NCBI GenBank assembly: GCA_964187785.1 | Contig: OZ076420.1 | Span: forward strand, 8,494,001-8,558,000 | Length of the DNA stretch: 64,000 nucleotides | DNA from: Amphiscolops sp. MND2022 | Lineage: Eukaryota | Reading direction: 5' to 3' | In this document: piece by piece, positions 11,645 to 21,399 of the stretch | Position numbering within the stretch: the stretch's first letter is position 1 | Layout of the letters: each line of letters begins with the position of its first letter | Translations under genes and position numbers: made by a program | Notes under the pieces: generated by a model | The model's database searches: none | The model's input: only the letters and a program-made list of their open reading frames with translations | What the model was told of the DNA's origin: nothing

Positions 11645-12967
11645 TTGTCCGACTCCTCCTCTCAAACCTCTTCTACCGTTTCAACTGATACTATACCTTC
11701 TTCACAAACTTCTGTACCAACTCAACAACCTTATTTAAATTCTATCCCAATCACCCCTTCTTTAGATACCACCCCTGTTAATACTCCAACCCACACTCCT
11801 CTCCAAACTTCTGTACCTCAACAAACTCAGACTTCTTTAACTCTTCCACTTTCTGATACAGAATTTCCTTTTGACATCAACCCTACTCATTCTCCACCTC
11901 CCTCTTCTTTTCATATTCTTGATCCGAGTGACATTAACCCTCCTCTTCTTCGGAATATTAATAAACCCACTCTTCCTCGATTAAAACTTATCCCTACTTC
12001 TATAAAATCTTTTCGCCGTCGCTCCCAATTAGATAATTCTCTTTCTATTCCTCCACCTTGTTCTCATACCTCTACTCAGTTTTCATTACCTCCTCCTAAA
12101 TCTCTTAAAATTCCCGCACTTGAATCTCTTGACTCACTCCAGAGAAAATCAGATTTAAGTGAAATCGATTCAGCTACTTCCTCTCTTCTTTACCCACGTC
12201 TTCCGCCTTCAATTTCTGCTTCTAAATATACAACTTCTTCCTTAGATAATCTTCTTGACACTTCCTCTGAATCTACTATTCGCCATCCACTTCGCCACAG
12301 ATATAATCTTCGTAATAATCGTCGTCCTTCTCCTTCCCTTGCAAGTACTAACTCTTCTCTTTTACGCCACCACGCTCAATCTCTTTCTTCAGACTCTCTT
12401 TCAAACGCAGAAAACACTCCTACTTCTGGAATCGACACTGTCTTTTCCCAACGTTCCTCTATTTCTTCTTATACTCATACTGGTCACCTTTTCTCTCGCC
12501 CAACTTCTCAAAATCCCAGTATTCTTTCATCTGACGATCACTTACTTAACATTGATCTTACCACTGATCAATATTCTACTCCTCCTACACCTAATCGTGT
12601 CGATTATCCTCTAATTGTAAATCACACACTTGTTAACAGCCCCCGCCAAGATCCTCGCTTTCTTTATCTTGCCACTCACAAACTCAATAACAATCCTCAT
12701 ATTTCCGACACACGCCGTCGTAAAGAATTTCTCCGCCTCGAAGAAACAAATTTAGAACTTAAATTTGAAATTAACGTCAAATTCCAAAACTTAAGTCCTC
12801 ATCTCATTCCTTCACATACAACAGTAAATTTTAAATCTCTTCCCCATCCTTTTATTGCCACCAATCTTAGTCTTTTTGTTAGTGATCATCCACCATTTCG
12901 TCTTTTACACGGTTCTATTACTTTTCTTAACACCCTCACCTTTTTGAAATACACTGCCCAATTTTAA
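11645..12967 (+). CDS. Accessory ORF4, Ser/Pro/Thr-rich 440 aa, function unknown (no ATG seen; TTG start in track)
   Basis: Long open frame between integrase and env; contains RHRYNLRNNRR and a less biased C-terminal ~110 aa. Confidence 0.6.
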   Translation: MSDSSSQTSSTVSTDTIPSSQTSVPTQQPYLNSIPITPSLDTTPVNTPTHTPLQTSVPQQTQTSLTLPLSDTEFPFDINPTHSPPPSSFHILDPSDINPPLLRNINKPTLPRLKLIPTSIKSFRRRSQLDNSLSIPPPCSHTSTQFSLPPPKSLKIPALESLDSLQRKSDLSEIDSATSSLLYPRLPPSISASKYTTSSLDNLLDTSSESTIRHPLRHRYNLRNNRRPSPSLASTNSSLLRHHAQSLSSDSLSNAENTPTSGIDTVFSQRSSISSYTHTGHLFSRPTSQNPSILSSDDHLLNIDLTTDQYSTPPTPNRVDYPLIVNHTLVNSPRQDPRFLYLATHKLNNNPHISDTRRRKEFLRLEETNLELKFEINVKFQNLSPHLIPSHTTVNFKSLPHPFIATNLSLFVSDHPPFRLLHGSITFLNTLTFLKYTAQF

Positions 12968-12968
12968 A

Positions 12969-15740
12969 ATGTTCTCCCTTTTCTTTCACTCACTTTATTA
13001 TTTCCTTTCTCCCCTTCTCTTGGTAGTTTCTCGAACTACTCCATCGTCCGATCATGTAGATCCAAATGACCCTCATATTTCAGACCTTTAAGTCTCTCAT
13101 TATGATTGCTCTAAACAACACAATTTAAGACAGTTTAGTCTTACTCGAGTCCAACCATGCGTTCAAGCCCCCTCTGCTTTTGAAACAACACGCGCTATTG
13201 TAAATGTTTTTGTTCGTGCTAAAGCTAAACGCCTTCGAGCTTGGACCTGTGAAGCCTACGTAAAACGCGAAAAATTTGTTTGTGCCCAATCTGATTACAA
13301 ATATCGTCGTCATGATCGTACGGACTATCACCGAAATACCATGGAACGTCCTCGTACTCTTGACCCAATAGAATGTAAACACGCTATTCGTCATTTAAAC
13401 GGAACTCATAATCCTCAACTCGATGCTTTTAATTGTTCTAATTCCTTTACCTTTTTTAATGATATTCAAAAACAACGCCTTTTAGAAACAAAACAACCTC
13501 CTTTTCGTATTACTAAACTCAATACTTATCACTATGGTGCTTTTGCTTGGATCACCAATTCACAATTAGTATTAAACTCAACTCTGAAAGAAAAAGCTGT
13601 TTGCTGGGACCGCTATGAATATATTATTGAAAAAGATAGTTGGTCTCTCATCGTAAAAGAAATTGAAATTACTTATGATGACAAAGAAAATAAACTAATA
13701 TATCATGGACATACTTTACCTTGTCTCCACGACGATGGTTTCTGTAAACCAACAATATTAACACCTTTCACCATTGTTTGGTTTCCTGAAGACCTTTGTT
13801 TAATTTTCTCCATTCATTCCTTTATTGGTAGAATGTCTAAACTTAATAATCGTTATTGGCTCGAAACTGAACATTTTTTTAATAATCATTCCTCTACTGT
13901 GTCAACCAATACTCCTTATCATGATACCAAATCCCAAACACGTCTTTCTCGCTTTGAAATCTTCCCTGAAAACAAAATGTTTTGTATTAAACCTACTCCT
14001 CTACATCTTACACAATATCCTGACCTGTTCATAACATATAACGAAGATTTTAATATGCAAACTGGTAAACCTAATCCTCTTCAACTTCCACAAGACGAAC
14101 AATACAACCAACTAACTACCCAGTTAATATCTGGAAGATTAATTCATACTAAAGATAAACTTCTTTTCCCTGCTCTAAATTCTTCAAATAACTTTGCCAC
14201 CATTGATTACGAAGCTCATATTAACACTAAACTCGACTATTCAATAAATCATGTATTTAAAAGCATGTCTGTTGCTGAACTTAACACTCTTCACACTATA
14301 TGTGAAGTCGAACGTACTCAACTTTTAACCATACTCGCTATGTCTGTTAAAAACCCACAATTTGCTGGTTTCCTCTTAACCCAAAATCGTAGCAATTTTT
14401 TATATGTTGAAGGCTCTACTGCCTGGTTATACGACTGTCCTCATCACCTTTCACCCCTTTACATTGCTGACCAATGTTATGACAAGACTCCTGTCAATTA
14501 TCTTGATACTGTCATGTATGTAGATCCTATTACACGTCAGACCTTTGAATATGCTAACCAAATACCTTGTGAAAATAATCCTCAAAATGTTATTTCTCTT
14601 GACCCAGACACTGATCAATATTACGTTTTAACTCCTCAACCTATTAAAAAAGATCCCCCTCTTCTTTTTGAACCAACTCAAATTCAAACCGCTATCAGCT
14701 CGAATACTTTCACCGCTCAGGACGCTGGCATTTATTCACAAAAAGAATTAAAACATTTTTGGAATCGAGTTTTATTTACTAAACACTCTGACCATACTCT
14801 TCAGCTTCTTGGAAAAGCTATCAGCTATGAATTTATGAATCAACATTCTGACAATTCCTTTCCTAGTTATCCCTATCGATCACTCAGAATTGGTCTTCAT
14901 GACTACATGTTAAATCTGACTCCATTTTTCTCTCCTGATTGGTTTACTGATGCTTTTATAAAACTTTTTGGCTATCCATGCTATATTTTAACCCAATGTG
15001 GAATATACTTCTCTACTGCTCTCTTCCTACAATTCGCTTTCAATACACTCTTTAGTATTTACCGTTCATTCACTGTTCGAAATCTACTTAAAAAACAAAT
15101 TTCCGTAATAACTGCCTTAGGATTTGGTTTCTTTGGCACTATTACCAAAACCATGATGACTGCTATGATTAAATCAACTCATTCATCATCAGATTCTGAC
15201 GATTCTGATTCCCCTCATTCACCATTAGCAAAAAATAATACCACATCTTCCAGTCCTAAACCTCGTCCTCCTAAATATCGTACTAATATTAAAACAAAAC
15301 TTCCTAATTTAAAAAACAAAAATCCCATGCCAAGATCTTCACCAAACTCTTCACCTATTAAACCCCTCTCTTCCTCGGTATTTCATGCTCCTCCCATTAA
15401 CCCTACACAACCCCCTAACACCGAAGATTATTCACCTCCACCTCCAAATTATAATTCTCACCTTTCACCTCATAACAATCTCTCTTTACAACACTCCCAA
15501 TTACCTTAATTATCTTCTTCTCCATATTTTCATAATTCTCCTCTTCCTGATGACACTAATTGTGATAACTCTTCTACTGATTCCCCCATTCATAATCTCT
15601 GGCAATCTACAAAAATTTACCCTCCTACTCCGCCACCAATTAAAACTAATGACATTCCGTTAACTCCTGTCAATAATATTTTCGACCCACCTGACAGTCC
15701 TGTCAAAGTTTATTTTTCTTGTCGCTTCCCTCCAGAATAA
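12969..15740 (+). pseudogene. env: env-like class III fusion glycoprotein (herpes gB / chuvirus G-like), in-frame TAA at 13089 and 15507
   Basis: Signal-like N-terminus MFSLFFHSLYYFLSPLLLVV; HYDC; WTCEAYVKREKFVC; DPIECKHAI; ICEVERTQLLTILAMSVKNPQFAGFLLTQNRSNFLYVEGSTAWLYDC (gB central-helix pattern); C-terminal hydrophobic segments and a long Pro/Ser tail. Confidence 0.75.
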
Positions 15741-16073
15741 TATATTTACCTTTAACTTTTTTGATTCTCACTCTGAATCTTAAATACCCCAACTTAATTA
15801 AACTTACAGACTAATATTGTACCTCTTTTGTATAATAATTATAGTTCTTTTAAAACTACTTCCTTTTTCATTTGTCATCATTCTTGCTTTCACTCTGGTC
15901 ACTCCTACTCACCTTCGCCAAAAAATTTTCTTGAACTTTTCTATACATCTTACTTTCATCTACACTCATATAATCTTTTCTAAAAACGCACATCCGTATA
16001 ACTTTACCCAAAACGCACATTCGTATAATTTTCACCCTTTGAACTATTCATTTTTACTTTCTCTCCAAACAAA

Positions 16074-17549
16074 ATGGCCACTATCAATCCTGATGAAGAA
16101 CTTCTTTCTAGTATCGCATCTTTGTCACCCCCTCTTTCTCTTAAATCTGGTACGCTTGATCTTCCTCTTGCAAATGATTCCCTTCCTCTTAATTCTAACA
16201 CTACTCCAGAACCTACTGTAAATAGTAATTCCACCACTTCTCAATCTAATAAACCATCTTCTAATAATCTTAAATCTCGTCATTCTCCCACTCTGCCTCA
16301 AAATAAACTTCATATTACTATTGATAATCATCCCATTCCTCCTAAAAAGAAATATAATATTCTCGAAGATCCTGTCTTCATTGATTCTGGTATTCTACCT
16401 CCAACTCTTCACCCATTAAAAACTCCTACTCAATCTAATTCAATGACTGACGAATTCCTCCGTATTCATCCTAATTTTAAAGCTAACCTCCCTTCATTGT
16501 ACATGACTCCTACTTCTTATAAATTTCGCTTTCCTCAAGATCGTAGTTTTGACCACTATGTTGCTTATGCTTCCAAAAATTTACCACAACTCGCCTATTG
16601 GCAAAACAATCGTGTTCGTTTCTTCCAATTTCATTTCAACCTTCTTAAACCAACCCAACATGATTTAAATACCAACCCCAATGATATCACCACAACTCCT
16701 TCTGTTAAAAAACTTCACAATCGAACCTATCAACTTTTTCTTGAACAAAAACATCCTCAAAACTTCATCTTCCGAAATCATAAATTTACTTCTCCATTTT
16801 CATATCATTCTCACTATTCTTTGAACCACCTCTTCACTATTGGAACAATTCGTAACTATGATCCTGTCAAACAATATTTTGTTCTCTCTTCCTATCACGA
16901 TCCTACTCGTCCGTTATTTGTTCCTAAAGAAGCACTTAATGTCAATGATGATTTTCTCCTTCCTACACACATACCTAACACTGTTCCAAATTTCTTCCCA
17001 AAAATGAATAAATTAGTAGAAACGCCTCCTGATGATCATTCTCGTTCACTCTATACTGCATTAGTTCACAAACACTATTCACTTGCACAACTCAATTTTA
17101 TTATTGCAAAACTTTCCTCTTTTATTCTCAAAAAACAATACAAACATTTCTCACTAAACATCTCTGATGAAATTCTCCAAACTCTTCCTAAACATACTCC
17201 TCCTAATACTACATCTGAACCTTCTCACACTACAGCAATTCCTCCTCCATCTACTTCGTATGTTCTTCAAACTGCCAATCCTAATGTTTGCATCAATTCC
17301 TTCTCTTGTCCCACAGACAAATTCGTATCGGAAATACTTACTCTTCTCCGTCCACATGTTGAAATTGCTCCTAATACTGATCCTTTTGTTATTTTAAACC
17401 ACATCTTTGACACCTTCCGTAATCTTCAATCTCTACTCCAACTGCACTCAACTGATATTCAAAATTTAACACTCTCTACAATCCATGTTAACTATTTTCT
17501 TAAAAAACTTGTTTTACTTGAAACTCCTCCTCAGTTCACTTCCTATTAA
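16074..17549 (+). CDS. Accessory ORF5, 491 aa, intact, function unknown
   Basis: ATG-initiated open frame; homologues at 61381-62859 (-) and 22480-22990 (+). Confidence 0.85.
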   Translation: MATINPDEELLSSIASLSPPLSLKSGTLDLPLANDSLPLNSNTTPEPTVNSNSTTSQSNKPSSNNLKSRHSPTLPQNKLHITIDNHPIPPKKKYNILEDPVFIDSGILPPTLHPLKTPTQSNSMTDEFLRIHPNFKANLPSLYMTPTSYKFRFPQDRSFDHYVAYASKNLPQLAYWQNNRVRFFQFHFNLLKPTQHDLNTNPNDITTTPSVKKLHNRTYQLFLEQKHPQNFIFRNHKFTSPFSYHSHYSLNHLFTIGTIRNYDPVKQYFVLSSYHDPTRPLFVPKEALNVNDDFLLPTHIPNTVPNFFPKMNKLVETPPDDHSRSLYTALVHKHYSLAQLNFIIAKLSSFILKKQYKHFSLNISDEILQTLPKHTPPNTTSEPSHTTAIPPPSTSYVLQTANPNVCINSFSCPTDKFVSEILTLLRPHVEIAPNTDPFVILNHIFDTFRNLQSLLQLHSTDIQNLTLSTIHVNYFLKKLVLLETPPQFTSY

Positions 17550-18181
17550 ACTTCTCTCTAATTGGTAAACACTTTTCCTTTTTAATTCCCTTCTCAAAAA
17601 TTTCTTTTTTTCCAATCAATTTGATAACACAATTTCATCTCCTCTCTCTTATCTTTTTCAACCTCTTATCCAATTAACATATTTATTACATCTTTCACTC
17701 CTTATTAACATATATCATCTCTCTTTCTTCCCCTTTTGACACTTCTTCCTATTGTTTCCTTTATTCTTTGAGAAATTCACGTGACATTTTCACTTGTTCT
17801 TTTAATAAACATTGACACTATACTCTTATTTTCTTTAGCTTCTCCAACTCTCTCAAGATCACTACTTTCTTAAACATCAAATTTTCAGTCTTCACCTTCG
17901 TCACACTTATACTATTAGGTATAATATATTTCAAATACCTTTCAACATTTCCTTCATCACACTTATACTATTAGGTATAATATATTTCAAATATCTTTCA
18001 ACATTTTTAACACAAAGAAGTATTTTCACTCACTTCCTTTCTTTTTTCACATTTTCCATTCCATCACATCTTCCTCTTTCAGAATCAATAAATTCACCAC
18101 AACACTCTCTCTATATTAAATTGCTCCACATACTATAAAAATAAATCATAATACAAATTCATCAATCATTTTGTTTCAGTA

Positions 18182-19082
18182 ATGACATCTTATCCTCCTT
18201 CAACATTGGCATATCCTCTTCTCAATCAACTTCTGGACTCTTCGCTGCCATTTCCTGTTTCTTCCACTTCTTCGACATTCACTCTTCCAACTGTTGCCCC
18301 TACATCTTCATCACTCCCCACTTCTTCATCATCCGCCTCACCCACTGTCGTATCTGTGACATCATCCAATGTTGCATCTGTAACATCTGTTTCACTAACA
18401 CCCATTTCTTCTTTCGTCAATACTACAGCTTCAAATACATCTGCTTCAACTACATCTCCGGTACTTTCTTCTTCTATTTCGTCTCCAGTTTCTTCGATCG
18501 AGTCTTCTTTCTTCCTCCATCCCAAAGATGCTGTTGCCACTTCTCCACATTTCCAACAATATTCAGCCGTCCGCCAATTAACTCGTGATCTTCAACAGAA
18601 AAAACCCAAGCATCCCAGACGTCCACCGTTGCCTTCCGATGTAATTGGTAAACCTGTTCGTCGACTGGTCCACACAGTGGCCTTCCAACAAAAGTTGAAC
18701 CAGTATATAGATGCACTCAAATTGTATGAAAAACACATCGATGAACTTATTGAACAAACAACTTTTGAACTGAATAAGCTTAATAATAAACCCCCCTTCC
18801 AAATTGAGAAAATTCAAAACGCCTCAGCCCATACAATTATCCCCTCTCTCTATTCAAATCCCCTCCCATAATTGCTATATTCATTATAATTGCTTCTCCT
18901 ATAATACTCCCCATTGTTCACATGTTCCTGTCAACTATGCTATTCATTCACATTTTCCTCCCCATTCACCTTCCCCGGCCTTAATTCCCATTCGCATTGA
19001 AGCCATAACCCCCACTTTGCAACCCCCCTCCCCTTTAAATGATTTGGACCCATTGGTAACTTCGTTAAATGATGTTGACTAA
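18182..19082 (+). pseudogene. Accessory ORF6 (Ser/Thr-rich N-terminus, coiled-coil-like core, Cys/His segment), frameshift near 18805
   Basis: Track ORFs 18182-18871 and 18804-19082 together align with 59640-60514 (-); relic homologue at ~31060-31450. Confidence 0.8.
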
Positions 19083-20396
19083 AGAGTCTCTGCTTAAATA
19101 ATCTTTTGAATTTTCTATATACAAATCTTGAACCTGTTAACTTTGTCTGTTTTCTAACAAATACCTTACCCCCCATGTTTTTCTTGACCCTTATCATCTC
19201 TATTTTTGTGCTATACATTCCATTTTTAGTAATTCTTTCAAAATTTTCCATCTAAAATTTCTAATTTTCTTTGCCGAAATCTGCTTGTAACTTCGGTTCT
19301 ACCCAATCAGTTTTTCCAAATTCTATCTGAGCATGATGCGTTTGACCTACTTACTCTTACGTGCTGGAGCTATCCGTTTTTTTCCCTTTTCTTAACCATT
19401 AATAAACTTTTTAAACCATAATTCCATTTTTTTAACCTTCTTCCCACCAAATTTTTTGACTTTACTCCTCTTTAACTTCAATTCAAAAAAATCTCTCTTT
19501 TTTAATCTTCCTCCTACTAAATTGTATGTTCAAAATTACGTACCTCGGTATCTAACTCTTCTTCACTTGCTTTTTGATCAACTGAATTTGCGTGATCAAA
19601 AATTTTTTCTCTTTTCTCAATTGAAAAAATACCTGCCACGTGACATAATTTTGAACACATATTGACTCATATGGCTTTGTTTTCGCTTCCACTTTGTTTT
19701 TTTTCACGCCGCCTTTTTTGCTTTGAAATTCTGACATCTCATTTTAGTTAATTAAAAAGGCCAATAAGACAAACGCTTAGTTCGAAACAACTAAGAATCT
19801 TAGGCTTCCTGCATGAATTTCTTTGTCAATCCAGCTGTCATTTTTTTGCCCTATTTGACTTTTCACGCTTTCCTCCTTGTCGATCAAATCTTTTTACCGC
19901 CTCGGAAGATACTAAAGTTACTAACTCATTCGTCCTGTATAAACTTTTCATGAAATCTGAAACAATTCTGCTGAATTCGTAACAAACATGAACATGTCGA
20001 TTTTAAAAAAAATTGAACTTAAAATAAACCAAAAATTTCTTTCTCTCTTCTCTCATGTATTCCTGACCTATTAATTAAAGTGAATACCTCAATCCCTTGA
20101 AGATACTTTCATCTACACTAAACATCGAAAAATGCCCGTAACTCACGAAAGGAAAGATATGAAGACAACTCTATAATTAAAAATTTTTTTTTGTTTTATT
20201 ATTATTCACAAATATATGAAGACAACTTTTCAAACGAAAACCCCTATTGCAAGATTATTAAAATTCCTCCTTTTTCGCTCTCTGAACCTATTGAACTAAA
20301 CTCCAACCATTTTTAATGGAACCCCAATTTTTAACATACACTTTAACAATAAATCCAAAATTTTTTTCTTTTCTCTTTTTTCAAAACCCGGTCGGA

Positions 20397-20707
20397 TTAT
20401 ATACCAGATATCTATATGTTGCTTAATCTTATATCATTCCCCCAACCCCCCGTATGTCTAGACTTTATAGCAAATGCACTTCATTAATGTAACTGATTAT
20501 TATTCTAGATGTAAACTCGATGTACCTACTTTATATTCTGTACGATGCATTTTGATTTAGAACACAACTTGAATTCATTCTACACATCCAGTTGTCTTCG
20601 CTTAAGGCCTAATATCTGCAGCTCTATTAGTGTCTCTTAAAGTACTAACATCAAATGAACATTCTATCCATATCCCAATAATCCCTAGTAAAAACACAAG
20701 TACTTTA
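20397..20707 (+). repeat. 3' LTR of A-1
   Basis: Copy of 2018-2328 followed by the GAAT TSD. Confidence 0.95.
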
Positions 20708-20711
20708 GAAT

Positions 20712-20906
20712 CCAACTATGTCAGCATCTTGCGGCGATCAATCAGGAACTCCAATGTGACTTCAACGTCCTCGCCGGATTGCTGTTGCCCGTCTTGTGAA
20801 GACGCCTCGATGAGCCCCTCTTGATCGTTCGAGCTGAGGCAACTTCATCTCACCACCGTCTGAACCTCCTGATCCATCTGCTGTTGACATTACGTCGAGG
20901 TCGCCA
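20712..20906 (-). pseudogene. gag: BEL-1 gag 5' part and tRNA-Trp-like PBS (20889-20906)
   Basis: TGGCGACCTCGACGTAAT resembles the complement of the tRNA-Trp 3' end (TGGTGACCCCGACGTGAT). The ATG at 20890 leads into sequence that continues at 2013 across the A-1 insertion (LDSQIQQLIE). Confidence 0.8.
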
Positions 20907-20907
20907 A

Positions 20908-21145
20908 TGTTTCGGGGTAGCTCTCAAGCTAAAGAAAGAGTTTAAACTAAGAAGATTGTAGGAACTCAAAGAGAGAGTTCAAACTATTGTGATTTGGGTC
21001 TTGACTCATTGCAAGAGATCTATATTCGAGAACGTTTATTGGCGGTGTGAATGAACGGTATTGATCTCAAGAAGTGAGAGTTAGATGACAGGTCAATAAC
21101 AGGCTATTGAATAACATAATGGCACACTTACAGCTCATGGCAACA
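20908..21145 (-). repeat. 5' LTR of BEL-1 (238 bp, TGTT...AACA)
   Basis: Inverted TGTT/AACA termini, adjacent PBS, and AATAAA on the minus strand near 21035. Confidence 0.8.
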
Positions 21146-21399
21146 TAAAGGTCCAAAACGGGTTGTTTTCATATGCGTTTACAATAGTGAGCAATGGATT
21201 GTCAATTTATTACATGAAATGAGCAATATTACTAATGTCAAGCAAAGTGATCGATCCATCTTAAGGCCAATATTAAAGGTCAAAAACTAAGGGAATGAAA
21301 AAAAAGCACTGTCGCAGATTTGAAGTCGCGCAGGCCGGTTCGCAGACAAAGACTGATCCACTGTGCTAAGTGGACTAATAATTACTGCGCGATCACTGT

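Larger units (their letters stand above)
2018..20707 (+). mobile_element. Full-length giant Ty3/Gypsy LTR retroelement, family A copy 1 (18,690 bp)
   Basis: Paired 311-bp LTRs; GAAT TSD at 2014-2017 and 20708-20711; gag-PR-RT-RH-IN order. Removing it rejoins the BEL-1 gag sequence. Confidence 0.97.

Noticed and set aside
13089-13092. In-frame TAA in env as a read-through site or intronic part of a TTTAAG acceptor
   Set aside because: A single-base nonsense mutation is simpler, this copy has other lesions, and no second copy of the region is in the window to test it.
15427-15455. PPxY late-domain-like motif (PPPPNY) in the env tail
   Set aside because: A-2 has PPSPNY, so the motif is not conserved, and the tail is Pro-rich by composition.
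3108-19251. Many short antisense ORFs across family A (e.g. 16004-16237, 18226-18540)
   Set aside because: They are shadows of the C/T-rich, low-complexity sense ORFs, with no motifs.
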